Shown here one piece after another: positions 36,482-50,100 of a stretch of DNA of 64,000 nucleotides. Position numbers and translations under genes: made by a program. How positions within the stretch are numbered: the stretch's first letter is position 1; the number at the start of each line of letters is the position of its first letter. The DNA is taken from the IMG/VR virus record IMGVR_UViG_3300036770_003657, positions 62,001 through 126,000 of that record. One strand, given 5' to 3'. The notes under the pieces were generated by a model that was given only the letters and a program-made list of their open reading frames with translations, made no database searches and had not been told where the DNA came from.

Positions 36482-39286
36482 ATGGCCAATGTAGGTCGTA
36501 TTTCAGGTTCCCTCTTAAGAAGGAATCTTCTCAGAAATGGGGAGGATCTTGCTTTTGAGGATAACTTACTTTATCTATCAGTACCAGATGCTAATGATCC
36601 TACTAAGTTTGTAGGTATTGGTATTAATAATGATAGTCCCGTATACCAACTAGATATTACAGGAACAACTAGGTCTACTGATTATCTAGGAGAATATTTA
36701 AAAATAGATAATGTTCAAATTGATAATAACGAAATACGCAGTACGTCAGGCGGCTTATCTATAAAGACAAATACAAGTAATGACTACCTAACCTTCGATA
36801 GTAAAACATTTAAGCTAACAAATTTAGATCCAGTGCTAGGAACTAGCCAACTTGATCTAATAGGTAATCTTGAGGTAAATGGCAATATTCATGCTACTGG
36901 TAGTATAACTGCTGATGGTAGTTTGACATTCGGTGATCAGGACACAGATAACATTGTTTTTAATGCTGATGTTAAAAGCAATATTATTCCTGATATAGAT
37001 GATACTTATGACTTAGGCAGTTTAACTAAATCATGGAGCCAAGTTTATGTAGATGATATGAGACTAGGTGGTCCTGAAGTAGGTGATTCATATAATTTTG
37101 CTGAAACTACTATACCAGGATCAGGAACATTACCTGCAAAAACGTTTACTGGTATAGATAGTCCACAAAATTATACCAAAATTAGTAACACTTTTGCAAA
37201 CGGACATTTAGTATTAAATTCAAATGGTAATGGTCTTATTGAGCTTATTAATGATACAAGAATTACCAATGATCTAAACGTACTGGGTGATGTAGCCACT
37301 GACAATGCCAATTATATTTTAATGGGTGATCCAGAATACGGTATATTGTCTGGTGCAGTAGATATGACACAGCAGACTAGTTTGACTGATGGTGTTGCTC
37401 AACTTAATCTTACACTAACTTTATTGGTCCCATTACCACCACCAAGTTTTCCAAATTCAATAAATTTAACAATTAATAGTCTTACTACACGCATAATGAA
37501 CATAGATGCTGATGCTCAATTATTAAACGGTACAGGTATCACAGCACCAGCAGCTGGTACTATTGTTTATGTTGCTAGAGTTAATACTTTTAGTACTAAC
37601 ATAATACAAGATACTGGCCCAGGCAATCGTGGCATACTAACAGTTAATAGAAATAGCAGTGCAGCGGTTACTAAAAAACTGACATACGGCAATACCACTC
37701 AAACTATTACCACTGTACTAACAGGTTCAACTCTTGGTAGTGAAGAATTCAAATACACCCAGCCAACTACAGGTGTATTAGTTCCAGGTTATTTGATTAG
37801 AATATCTGCAAGTGGTACAGCTTTTGGTGGATTATCACTGAATGGTACATACGTTATTACTTTTATTAGTTCAAAGATTTTAAAGTTAGCCAGTTACAAT
37901 ACTACAACTGGCCAACAAACACCAACAAATATTGTAGCTGATGCTACAACAACAGGTCAAAGTTTAGAATTTACTACAATAAATGACAATGGTGCATATA
38001 CAGATAATAATACTAGTCTTATTGTAGGTGATAATGTTGCTTATCCTGTAGACAAGCCAGGGTTTCACGAGACAGTAGATTTGAGTGTTAGTGGTACAGC
38101 AGTTCCAGCAGGTTGGAACACTGTACAAATACTACATGATGCAGCAGGTTCAACTACAATTGGAGCTAACACAAGTAACATAGGTATTTGGTATTATGAT
38201 AGTACCAGTCCACTGGCTCCTGTTTTCAGTAGTCAAACTTTTACATTAGGTACAAGTAGTATAACTTATAGTAGCACTATTCCTCATTACAATAGTAGTA
38301 CAACATATAATGTAGGTTTTTTAGTAACTTGGAACCCAGGTGAAACTAGTTTACCAACTACTAATTCAAATTGCTTAACAACTAGTGCTGTTGGTCCGTG
38401 GACTACAGCAGGTAATAAAAATTTAACTTTATTTGGATATTCAACTTTACCAGCAACTACTCAAGTTACAACAGGTGCAGGTCCTAATAGTACAACTTTT
38501 GTAGTTAACGTAGTCACAGGGTTTGGTGCTTGGACAACTACAACAACTGTACCACAGTTTACAGCAGATAATAGTTACCTCACAGCAAATTCAGCACTAC
38601 CAGCATTAAATGCCATAGTTCTTTATAAGACTGGAACAACAAGCAGTACAAGCTTTTTAGATGAAACAAATATTTTCTTTAACGCGGCGGTAGGTGGTAG
38701 TACAACTGGTGCTACAAGATGTGAAAACCCAGACGGTGGCACTTTAATGGCTGATACACCACCTTTTACAGCAGGAAGTACATTGTTTAACAGCCAAACA
38801 AGTACTTTACTAGACACTGATGCTACTGTAGTAGGTACAGGTACAGGTGTTAATAGTCTCAAACATGATTTAACAGATTACTCAACAGGTTATTTGCCAG
38901 CAGGTCCAAATCTAAGCACTAGAATCCCAACCAGACCACAATATTTTACATTTAGATTTGTAAGAAGTGGTGTCAGTAAATTTAGAATACGCTGGACTAC
39001 ACCATCAGGTATAGCAGGTATTTGGGCAGCACTACCAGGACCTAACGGGACTAGTTTAAAATCAGGAAATATATTCGGATGGTTAAGTTCTGCTATTGAT
39101 AACAGCCTAGCAGGTGGTTGTGCTTTGGGTGGTAATTTGCCAACGGGTAGTGGTACTAAACAAGTTAATATAAGTTTTGGTACATTAAGTAGTACAAATA
39201 GTACTAATAATGAAATATGGGTGAGAATTAGATTAGAACAAGGGCAGTCAATGACCAGTTTGTATTTAGATGTGAGCGATCAATAA
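36482..39286 (+). CDS. Tail fibre/virion structural protein
   Basis: 934 aa, T/S/G-rich, with GIGINNDSPVYQLDITG and DNIVFNADVKSNIIPDIDDTYDLGS fibre motifs. Confidence 0.7.
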   Translation: MANVGRISGSLLRRNLLRNGEDLAFEDNLLYLSVPDANDPTKFVGIGINNDSPVYQLDITGTTRSTDYLGEYLKIDNVQIDNNEIRSTSGGLSIKTNTSNDYLTFDSKTFKLTNLDPVLGTSQLDLIGNLEVNGNIHATGSITADGSLTFGDQDTDNIVFNADVKSNIIPDIDDTYDLGSLTKSWSQVYVDDMRLGGPEVGDSYNFAETTIPGSGTLPAKTFTGIDSPQNYTKISNTFANGHLVLNSNGNGLIELINDTRITNDLNVLGDVATDNANYILMGDPEYGILSGAVDMTQQTSLTDGVAQLNLTLTLLVPLPPPSFPNSINLTINSLTTRIMNIDADAQLLNGTGITAPAAGTIVYVARVNTFSTNIIQDTGPGNRGILTVNRNSSAAVTKKLTYGNTTQTITTVLTGSTLGSEEFKYTQPTTGVLVPGYLIRISASGTAFGGLSLNGTYVITFISSKILKLASYNTTTGQQTPTNIVADATTTGQSLEFTTINDNGAYTDNNTSLIVGDNVAYPVDKPGFHETVDLSVSGTAVPAGWNTVQILHDAAGSTTIGANTSNIGIWYYDSTSPLAPVFSSQTFTLGTSSITYSSTIPHYNSSTTYNVGFLVTWNPGETSLPTTNSNCLTTSAVGPWTTAGNKNLTLFGYSTLPATTQVTTGAGPNSTTFVVNVVTGFGAWTTTTTVPQFTADNSYLTANSALPALNAIVLYKTGTTSSTSFLDETNIFFNAAVGGSTTGATRCENPDGGTLMADTPPFTAGSTLFNSQTSTLLDTDATVVGTGTGVNSLKHDLTDYSTGYLPAGPNLSTRIPTRPQYFTFRFVRSGVSKFRIRWTTPSGIAGIWAALPGPNGTSLKSGNIFGWLSSAIDNSLAGGCALGGNLPTGSGTKQVNISFGTLSSTNSTNNEIWVRIRLEQGQSMTSLYLDVSDQ

Positions 39287-39298
39287 TAGGATTATAGA

Positions 39299-41062
39299 AT
39301 GGCCGTAACTGATGCAACCAGAGTTGATTTATTATTAAAGAAGTTATCAGGTGTAGCTAAGACCGACACCGCTGCTAACAAGAGTGTAAGTAATGAATCT
39401 ATAGCCAGTCCAGCCCTTAATAGAGGTGACAGTCTATGGCTTAATGCCTATTTGGTTCCTGCTACTGCAAGTGCTACATTAGGAACTGTAACAGGTTATT
39501 TGTCAAGTGACAAAGTAGAATGTACAGCAGATACTACCAGTCAAAGAATGGGTGGACAAGTATACCCTACTTGGAAAACAGGTTTAACAGATTGGATACC
39601 ACCTGAGTTTGACACTGTCAATGTTACAAATAGTTATAGAGTAAAAGTTTATTATGGTGCTAGTGGTCTAATAGATCCAAGTACTAGTGGTGGTACACAG
39701 ATATTTGCTGATGGTATATTAGGTGCTGGTGAATGGTATTTTGATTATCAAGCTGGTATATTACATTTTTATGGAAATAGTATACCAACTGGAATGACCA
39801 GTAGTCATGTCATTTACGTATTTGGTTATAGGTATGTAGGACCAAAAGGCTTTGACTATGCCTTTAAGGTAGATAGTCCTATAATGCGTGGTGATTTAAC
39901 ATTACCGAATCTAATTACCTTAAGAGGCGATACAGTTATAGAACAAAATTTAACTGTAACTAAAGATTTAGAGATACAAGGTGGTGATTTAACAACTACT
40001 GAAACTATTTTTAATTTGTTGAATACAACTGCTGAAACAATTAATTTTGGTGGAGAAGCTACAAGTCTTATACTAGGTGCAATAACAGGTACAACCAATA
40101 TTAGAAATAATTTAGAAGTTGATGGTGATGTAGTTATCGACGGTGATGATTTAAAAACAACCAGTACAACATTTAATTTACTTCCAGATGTTGCTGAGAC
40201 AGTTAATTTTGCCATGGCTGCTACAGATTTAGTAGTGGGCGCTACAACAGGTACAACAAGAATTAGAAATGACCTTGATGTTGATGGCGACTTAAATGTA
40301 GATGGTGATTTTCATATTGGTAATAACTTAGATATTGATGGTGATTTAAACATTGATGGTGGTGACTTAACAGTTAGTACAGAAGAATTTAATATTGCCA
40401 ATACAGTGGCCACAACAATTAATTTTGGTGGTGATGCTACAACTATTGAAATTGGTAGTAGTGAAGGCATTACTAATGTTAATAATAATTTAGACGTTGA
40501 TGGTACCTTAAACATTGATGGTGGTGACTTAACAGTTAGTACACAGGCATTTAATCTAGCTAACGAAATTGCTACAACAATTAATTTTGGTGGTGATGCT
40601 ACAACTATTGAAATAGGTAGTAGTGAAGGCATTACTAATGTTAATAATAATTTAGATGTTGATGGTGATGTTAATATTGATGGCGGTGATTTAACAGTCA
40701 GCACAGAAGAATTTAATCTGGCAAACACAACTGCCAAGACAGTTAATTTTGCGGGAGAAGCAACAAATATTGAGATTGGTAGTAGTGAAGGTTATACCAA
40801 TGTTAATAACAATTTGGCAGTAGATGGTAATTTACAAATTAATAAGGACTTGGCAATTGGCGGCAGTTTTGCAGTAGATAATAATTTATATGTAGAAGGT
40901 TCATCAAGAGTCAGTCAAAGTTTAGAAGTTGAAGACAGCGTAAAAGTTGCAAACGAATTAGCAGTAGATGGAGATACAAATATAACAAAAGACCTTAATG
41001 TAGGTGGCTACATTAAAGGTGGACAGTTGATAGACACAACAATAGATTGCGGGGAGTACTGA
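39299..41062 (+). CDS. Fibre-like protein with 54-aa tandem repeats
   Basis: 587 aa. C-terminal half is repetitive; ends IDCGEY. Confidence 0.7.
   Translation: MAVTDATRVDLLLKKLSGVAKTDTAANKSVSNESIASPALNRGDSLWLNAYLVPATASATLGTVTGYLSSDKVECTADTTSQRMGGQVYPTWKTGLTDWIPPEFDTVNVTNSYRVKVYYGASGLIDPSTSGGTQIFADGILGAGEWYFDYQAGILHFYGNSIPTGMTSSHVIYVFGYRYVGPKGFDYAFKVDSPIMRGDLTLPNLITLRGDTVIEQNLTVTKDLEIQGGDLTTTETIFNLLNTTAETINFGGEATSLILGAITGTTNIRNNLEVDGDVVIDGDDLKTTSTTFNLLPDVAETVNFAMAATDLVVGATTGTTRIRNDLDVDGDLNVDGDFHIGNNLDIDGDLNIDGGDLTVSTEEFNIANTVATTINFGGDATTIEIGSSEGITNVNNNLDVDGTLNIDGGDLTVSTQAFNLANEIATTINFGGDATTIEIGSSEGITNVNNNLDVDGDVNIDGGDLTVSTEEFNLANTTAKTVNFAGEATNIEIGSSEGYTNVNNNLAVDGNLQINKDLAIGGSFAVDNNLYVEGSSRVSQSLEVEDSVKVANELAVDGDTNITKDLNVGGYIKGGQLIDTTIDCGEY
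39950..40830 (+). repeat. Five tandem units of about 54 aa (162 bp)
   Basis: NLDIDGDLNIDGGDLTVSTEEFNIANTVATTINFGGDATTIEIGSSEGITNVNN and variants. TTAAACATTGATGGTGGTGACTTAACAGTTAGTAC occurs at 40346 and 40508, 162 bp apart. Boundaries are approximate. Confidence 0.85.
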
Positions 41063-41081
41063 TGAGAAATTCAGTATTTTT
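41055..41081 (+). terminator. Probable weak terminator
   Basis: AGTACTGA-tgagaaat-TCAGTATT followed by TTT. Confidence 0.45.
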
Positions 41082-41083
41082 GG

Positions 41084-41089
41084 TAAATA
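41084..41089 (+). promoter_or_regulatory. Late promoter TAAATA for the giant protein
   Basis: 34 nt upstream of the ATG at 41124, with AAGGA in between. Confidence 0.6.
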
Positions 41090-41123
41090 AAAGTATTAAA
41101 TTTTTTACTTCAAAGGAAGATAA

Positions 41124-44100
41124 ATGAGCACAAATATTAGATTTAAGCGTAGTGATATACCTGGCAAAGTACCATCACTAGAGAGTATTGACCTAGGCGA
41201 ATTAGCACTTAATACAGCCGATGGTAAACTGTTTATGAAGCAGGAAATCAAAGCACCACCTGGAGTGGCTGCTATTCAAAAGATCATCGAGATTGGTGCA
41301 ACAGAAGTACCTAATGTACTTTACGTTGCAAAGAATGGTGATGACAGCAACAGCGGAAGGACACTAGGCCAAGCTTTTTTGACACTGAAGAAAGCACTAA
41401 GCATAGCGACCCCTGGTACAACTATTTTCTTAAAGAGTGGGGAGTATATTGAAGATAACCCATTACGTGTTCCAGCTCGTGTGTCAGTTGTTGGTGACAA
41501 CCTGCGTAATACCACAGTACGTCCAAAGAACCCAACCAAGGATATCTTTTGGGTATACAATGGTGCTTATATCTTCTGTATGAACTTTAAGGGTCATATT
41601 GCACCTAGTGCGGCAGTATGTTTCCCACCAGACGGTAGTGCTGGCGAGATCGTAACAAGTCCATACACCCAAGCGGTTACAAGTATTACAACTACTGGTA
41701 CAGGTATGCGTGTTGACGGTGCATTGACAACAGGCCTACGCTCAATGGTTTGTGATGCGTTTACACAATATAACCAAGGTGGTATTGGTATTCACATGTT
41801 GAACAGAGGTAATACTCAGCTTGTATCTATCTTTACAATTTGCTGTGACATTAGCTTTATGTGTGAGAACGGTGGTTTCTGTTCAGTTAACTTGTCAAAC
41901 AGCTCATTTGGTAACTACGGTCTTGTAAGTCGTGGAGCCAGTGAACCACTATATCGTGGTGTTGTTAAGAAGTCAGCTGGTCGTCAGATCACATTTAAGA
42001 ATTTAGCAAGACGTCCTAACATTGGTGATGGTGTACTTTTTGCCGATTACAACCAAAGAACCTGTGATAGAGACAATGGTCTTGTAGTAGATAGTTTAGC
42101 ATTTGACTTACTGTACGAAGGCACTACTCAAAGTACATTTAGTGGCCTACGTTATTGGAAGAAAGATGATATCACTACAGGAATAGAACAACAAGAACAG
42201 ACAGCAGCAGCTATCAAACGTGCTCAGACAGTTGCTAGAGCTGTGGTAAAAGATGTAGCATTTACAAGTCCAAGTAATAGTGTACAGCAAGTATTGTCAG
42301 CTGCACTAGGTATTAGTGTAGGTAGTGACACAGCCAAGAGAATTATTACTGAAGAATTTGATATTATCAGTAAAATTGTAGCAGATGGTCCAAATAGCCC
42401 AGCTCTAATTATTGGACCTGATCTAGATGCAGCAGAACCAGAATATAAAAAATTAAGAGAACAAGTTTTAGATAGAAAAGCTCAAATTGTTGATGAAACA
42501 ATTACTTTCTTAAAGACAAACTATCCTACACTTGCATATGTAACATCAAAGTGTAAGCGTGACGTAGATTTGATCATCGAAGCAGTTATCGATGATATGA
42601 TTTTTGGTACAAATTATAAAACAATTAAGGCAACTCTTTCATATTTGAAAGCTACCGTTAATGAATATAATGTTCCAGAAAATCAAAGAGTAGCCACTAT
42701 TGAAGCATATAAGTTTGCTAGAGACCGTATTGTTCCTTTAGTTCAAGAAGATGCCACACTATTAGCTAGAGTACAGGCTAATTTTGAAATTGTAACAAAA
42801 GGTCTAGAACAGGATGCAGCAGCACCAAATGCAAGAGGTGCAACATTTATTAAGAATTTATTAGATCCAAGCAACGCTGATTACGGTTTAGTATTCCCAG
42901 CTCAACAGGATACTGATGCTGATGTTGTTAACCTAGTTACAAACTTACAGGAAAACAAGAATTTTGTTATTGCAGAAGTTATTGATTACATCAATAAGAA
43001 TTGGCCAGAAGTAGTTAGATACGGATATAGTGAAACTACTTGTAGTCGTGATTTAGGTTATGCTATTGATGCAATTTGTTATGACATTATTTACGGTGGA
43101 AATAGCCAGACATTAGATGCTGCTAAGAGATACTATAACTATGCTAGCGGCCTAAGTGAACTACGTAGTAGTGAAGAAGTTCCTGCCACTATTGATGCTT
43201 TTGGTCGTGCTCAATTACTAGCCCAACGTGTAGTTATTAAGGATGAAATTGAAGCCACTTCTAATGCAACACAGGTAATAAATGGTTTAACAGCTACAAC
43301 TCAAACACAAGTTAATAAACTTGGTGGATTGTTTAGTGTACTGTTAAAACAATTAGAAACAAGTACAGTAGGCACCAGTGATTTTATTCAACCTAATGGT
43401 ATGCGTTTAGATGATGAAGGGTTAGATAATGCTTATGCTCTACTACAAGCAAACAAGGCATTCATTAGAAATGATGTTGTAAATTATCTAAGCAGAGCAT
43501 ATCCAGGATTTGACTACGATAGAGTAAAATGTGCTCGTGATGTAGACTATATTGTTGACAGCGTTTGTTTTGACCTAGTACACGGTGGTAATCGTCAGGC
43601 TGTTACAGCTGGTATTTACTATTATGATTTCAATGAAGAAACAAATGTACTAAAGAGTGTAGTACCAAATCAAATCAAGCAAACAGTAAATGCCTACAAG
43701 TACATGAAGGAATTGCTACGTGATGTACTAACCTGTAGCCCAGTTCCAAATCCTTGGCAAGGCAATGTGCCACAAATTACAGATCTTCCAGCAGCCACAG
43801 GTAGTGAAGTAGTTGCAGTGGGCAATTTGATTGATATTATCAATGAGATCTTACAAGAAGGCCCAAATAATACAGAAGATAGTATCCAAAGAATCAAGCA
43901 ACCAATTGGTCTAACAGCAAGCTCAGATCCTAATAAGATTCGTGCATTTAATCTATTGATGGCAAACCGTCAATTTATTCGTGCTGAAATGATTGCTTAT
44001 ATTAACCAAAACTGGTATACAATCAGTGATGGTGATACACAATTTGCTCGTGTTAATACAGCAACAGATCTAACACTTGGTACAACTACAACAGGTTATC

Positions 44101-47100
44101 CAACTGTAACATATCAGCCAAGTTTATACAAATCTATTCGTGATGCAGTATTGGCAGCTAAAGAAGATATTAAGACAGAAACAATTAAGTTTATGGCTAA
44201 CAGCTTCTTTGACAACTTTAGCTTTAACAAGCCAAAGTGCTATAGAGACGTTGGTCTTATTTTAGATGCTATCCTAAGTGATATGATCTTTGGCAGTAAC
44301 TATAAGACAGTTACAGCAGCCATTAGCTACTTACGTGCATATGCCAGTGAAGTAGTTGGCGCACAGAAAGTACAAACAGTGGCCAGCTTAAAAGCTGCAA
44401 AAGATATTACACTACGTAGAATTGTAACACCAGCTGCTAAAGAAGAAATTAGCACAAGATTTGATATCGTTATCAATATTTTAGATGGTGCAAGAGTAAA
44501 TGATCTTGGAGAAATTACAACAAATGCTACAGTGGATGGTGTAAGTTATACTCAATTATCTGGTTATGCTAGTGCATTGAACTATCCAATCCCAGTAAGA
44601 AATAACGAAGAAGATATTGATCGTTATACAGCAGTTAACATTCTACGTGACAATATGGCCTTTATTAAGGAAGAGATTGTCAGTTATATTGATGCTAACT
44701 TTACTCTAAATGAATTTGACAGAGAAAAGTGTGCTCGTGATGTAGGATTTATTGTTGATGCACTTGGATATGACCTAGTATTTGTTAGTAACTTCCGTGC
44801 TATCAGTGCAGGACGTAGTTATCTAAGAGCTAACAGTGCTAAAGTTTCAGGAAGTCAAAAACTAGCAACTTTAGGTTCATTTAGATATCTCAAGAAATTA
44901 GTAACAGAACTAGTTAAAGGTAACAACCTAGCAGTCAATAGTGTTCAACGTGGTATGGATATCATTATTGATATTCTTGACAAAGGTGAGGAAGCAACAC
45001 CTAAGTATATGATTCCATTCCCAGCAACAGGACGTAGTGTAGAATACAAACGTGCTCGTGATCTAGTTCAAAAGAATAGAGAGTTTATTATTGATGATGT
45101 ATTAACTTACATTAACACACCAGGTTTGGAATTACTTCCAGGTGAAGTGGAATTTAAGTTACTAACAGCATCAACATCAAATGGTATAACTACTAAAACA
45201 TTTTTTACAGATGGAACATTTACTGTAAGTTATACACAAACAGAAACTCGTGTAGTTCTTGCTGTTGGTGATCTAGTGAGAGTAAGTGGTAGATTGTTTG
45301 GTACAAGTAATATTGATGGATTTTCATCACCAGCCACATACAAAGTGGCCAGTAAGACAGATAGTAATTTAGAAGGTGATCCAGCAAAACCAGCAACTAC
45401 AGAGTTCAAACTAGTAAATCTTGACGGTAGCGCAGTAACAACATTTGGTGGCCCAACTGGTAAAACTACAACAATGAGATTTGAACAGGTTAAGGCTGCT
45501 AATTATGCAGATCCAGCTGGATTTGATATTAGAAAATGTCGTCGTGACCTAGAACTAATCCTAGATGCTGTATATTATGATACAACTTATGGTGGTACAC
45601 TAGAATCAGAAGTAGCTGGTAAGAGCTATGTAGCTGGAGCATTAAGTCAATTAGATCCATTAGGTGGTCAAGGTGATGAAGTATATGCTACACTAAGAGC
45701 TTACAACTATTTGAAATCTCTAATTAGTACAGTGGCTCAAGATATTGTTTGGGTACCAACTGTTGGCAACACAACTACACAGGTACGCAGTCCAAATGGT
45801 AGTGATGGTAGTGCTACTGCTGCTAAGGAAATGGAAACTTGTATCAAATTAATTATTAAGTTAATTGATGACAGCGTAACTGAAAGCCCAGCATTTACAG
45901 ATTTGACCACAGTAACAAGTGCCCCAAGTACTGATTGGTGTGATCCAGCACTAGTTAAAGCACAGAAGGCACTACAGGCTGGTAAGGAAGTTACAAAAGA
46001 ACAGGTTACAGATTTTGTAGATGAAAACTATGTATTATTTGGTTATGACAGAGATAAGTGTGCTCGTGATGTAGGTTATGTAATCGAAGCAGTACGCTAT
46101 GATATGCTGTTCAACAGCAACTTCCGTAGTATTGTAGCTGGTCGCAGCTACTATCGTGCTATGAGCAGTGTAGTTGTTAAGGATCAAAAGACAGCAACAT
46201 TGGCCAGTTTCCAACACTTAAAAGATAAGTTGTTAGAAATTGTCAAGCCAGTTAATCCAGATAATCCAACAACAGCTGAATCTGTTAGTGTACAGCGTGT
46301 TACACGTAGTATGAATATTATTCTCGACATTTTAGAGAATGGTATTGCAGTTGAGCCAACAATATTGTTGACAGAGCCAACTGGTGGTACAGGTAATGCT
46401 TATGCTAGTGCAGATCGTGCTCAATTACGTGATGATATTCAAGCTAATCGTGTTACAATTGAAGATGCTCTAATTACTTGGATTGATGGCCAAACAGTAA
46501 CAGGTCAACCATTTGAGGGTGTAACTTACAATGAAACAGCCTGCCGTAGAGATGTTGAGTATATTTTAGATGCATTGATTTATGACTTGACCTATGGCGG
46601 TGAATTAGAAACAACCGTTGCTGCTCGTGCTTATTATGGTGGTACAACTGATATTAATCTTGCATTAGGTTCAGATGAAGTAGCACTCACATTGGCTGCT
46701 TATGCACAACTTAAGACAATTATTGATTCAAATTCAGCCGCAAGTGTTACACCAACAAATGATCTAATTGATATAATCATTGATTATATTAATACAGGTA
46801 CAGAAGTTGCTGCTGCTACACCAGATTTTAGTTGGGTTGATAATGGCATCAGAGTGTTTAACGATAAACTTGCACTAACTGCTACAGTTAATAAATTAAA
46901 AATGTCTGTAACAGATTTTGTAGACTTAAACTTTGCCTACAATAGAGACAAGTGTTATAGAGATGTTGGCTTCCTAATTGATGCACTGTGTTATGACCTA
47001 CTATATGGTGGTAACGTTGACACAACTCAGGCTGCTATTGCTTACTTTGATGGTGCAGTTACTCCAAAGAGTACAATTCCTAAGCAGATCATTCAAACTG

Positions 47101-50100
47101 TGGCTGCTTATGAAAGACTAAAAGAAGTTCTAGATCAAGTTGTACAATTAAAAGATGTAACACCAAGTGGTAATCAGTTTGAAGCCAAGGCAAGAGCAAC
47201 GGCCAGTATGGACCTAGTTATTAAATTAGTTAAGGACGGTCCAGCATTTACTCCTAAGAAGCCATTCCTAATGCCAGCACCAACAAGTGGTGCAAATTGT
47301 GCTGCTGATGCTGATTGGTTAAATGCTACAAAGATGATTTCTGCTAACAGAGCATTCTTAACAGCAGAAGTTACAGCATTTATTAAGGCTACATATCCAT
47401 CATTAGTATACAATCAAGTCAAATGTGAGCGTGATGTAGACCTAATTATTGATGCTGTACTTTATGATCTGACATATGGTGGTAAGGTAGCAACTACATT
47501 GGCAGCAGAAGCATACTATGAAGGTACTAGTGATACATTAAGTGGTGTAGCAATTACTGGCACAGCAGGTCAATTTAGCTGTACATCTACAAAATTAACA
47601 GTAGGTGATACCGTAAAAATCACAGGAACATTAGGTGGTACTGGTACTATAACAGGTTATGCTACAGGTGATGTGTACAAGATTAGTGTAACTAATGGAT
47701 CAACAACATTTACCCTTGTAAATCTTGATGATACAGCCATTGTAACTACAGCAGGAACTCCAACAGGATTAACATATACTCATGGACAACTTCCAGCAAG
47801 TTTATCTGGTGAATTAACAGAAAGCCTAGCAGCATATACATATTTAGGTGATCTATTAGAACTAGTAGCAGCAGGTGAAAAAGTTGCTACAAGTGCAAGA
47901 GACACATATCAAAATATTGTAGTACAGCGTGTAGGCGTAGGTGATGCTAATGGCGATGCAGCAACAAGAGCAGGTGCTCTAGTTAAAACAGTTCTAAATA
48001 GAATTATTGATGGTGATGCAGATACAACTGCGGCTGCTATTGCAGGCCCAAGTACAGCTTGGGTTGATGAGAAACTAGTTGCTCTAAGTAATGCTATTGA
48101 TAATGCAACATTTAGATCTGATGTCAAAGCAGAAGTCAATACACTACTAACAACTAAGTTTGATATTGGTTATACTGGTACACAAAAGACACAATGTGAA
48201 CAAGATATTGATGCAGTAATTGATGCTGTACGTTTTGATGTCATGTTTGGTAGCAATTATCGTAGTCAACTAGCAGGTAACGCTTACTATCGTGGCTTTA
48301 GTGGTCTTGCAAATGTACTAGGCGCACAGAAAGATGGTAGTGTAGCAACATTTGAGCTAGTAAAAGATGCTATCCTAGAAAAAGTTGCTCTATACACTGT
48401 AGAACAGGATAAAGGTGGTCAGGCTGGTAGCACTGCTGCTGGTGATGCTGCTTATGATTTAATTCAGTTGATTATAGATGACTTAAATGATGACGGAGTT
48501 ACAGAGACAGAAGCACTTGTTGATTGGGTTGATTTAGATTTACAAGACCTAAATGACATTTTAATTGACAGTAAGACTGGTGCAAATGGTGCAGATGATC
48601 TCCCACAATTAGTAACTGATTATATTGATAATAGATATGAAGGTTCTTTAACTTATAATCAAGCTGATTGTCAAGAGGATATTCGTAGTATCATCGATGC
48701 AGTACGCTTTGATATGATGTTTAACAGCAACTTCCGTACAATTACTGCTGCTCGTGCATATTTCCGTGCTCAAGCTAGTAAGGTAGTTGGTGAACAGAAG
48801 GCTGCTACAATTGAAGCATTCAAGTTCTTAAAAGAAAAATTAAGTGCTATAGTTATTACTAGTGCTCAAGCAGTTGAGCGTGTACAAGATAGAATGGATC
48901 TTCTAATTCGTATTGTTGATAAGGGTGAGAAGGCAATTCCAGCTTATGTATTACCAAGCCCAACAGGCTATAATACAAGTAGAGCAGGTACAGTAAGTTT
49001 TGGTTATGCTAGAAACTTAATTGAAACAAACAGAGAGTTCTTAAAAGCAGAAGTTCTAAAGTTTATTAGAACAGATGCTAGCACAAACACATTAAATTTC
49101 AATGAAACTAAGTGTTTAAGAGATTTGGATCTAATTTTAGATGCTGTGTACTATGATATGACCTACGGTGGAAACATGGAAAGTATCATTGCTGCTGGCG
49201 CTTATTATCTTGGCGCAACAGCTGGTGATATTACAGGTGATCAAACCGCAGCTATCACAGGTGATGATGTAGCCGCTACAATTGATGCCTATGAGAGACT
49301 AAGAGATATGATCAAACTAGTAGCTGAAGGTAAAGATGTAAGTGATCTACAAATCATCTTCCCTCAGGTACAAGGTGATGCAGGCAGTACAGCAGGTGCT
49401 CAAACAGCTAAGAACTTGGCCTATGTAATTAGAAACTTAGTAAATCAAGAGGGCTCATTTAAAGTAACTGCCCCAACACTTGCTCAACCAAGTATAGGTT
49501 GGGTACCAGCTGCTCTAAGACAGCCAAATGATTTAATTGTTCTAATGCAAACAAGTGATACTGCTAGTGGTGCATATGTGGGTAGAGCTAGCATTCAATC
49601 ACAGGTAACAGAATGGGTAAGACTACAATTAAATGCAGCTAATTTTAATGCAGCACCAAGTGCTATAGCAGATCCAGGTTCTGGACCATTAGCTCAGTAT
49701 TTTGATGATAACGGTATTACAGCAGTAGGTAACTGGACTGACTGGTTCGTACTAATACCAGTAACTGCTATTGTATCAGGTCAAACATATAAGATTGCTG
49801 ATCTTGGTACTACAACTACTTGGGCTAACCATGCTGCTAGTGGTAATACAAGTGCTGTGGGTGATGAATTTGTTGCTAACGGCACAGCAGGAACAGGTGA
49901 TGGTAAAGTTGTAAGAGTATTAAAAGCCAGTCAAATGGAGCCAGGAAAGAGATATAAGATTAAGGACGCAGGTGATACTAACTGGAATACTTATTCAACC
50001 AGTATTATTACAGCAACAAGTGGGAACACATTTATTGCTAATGAAGATGCTCCACCAACTGCTTCAGGTACTGAAGGTACAGTGTATGAAATGTTTACAT

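Noticed and set aside
41124-41250. Diversity-generating retroelement, suggested by the Mtd-N-like N-terminus
   Set aside because: No reverse transcriptase and no adenine-divergent TR/VR pair were seen in this window.
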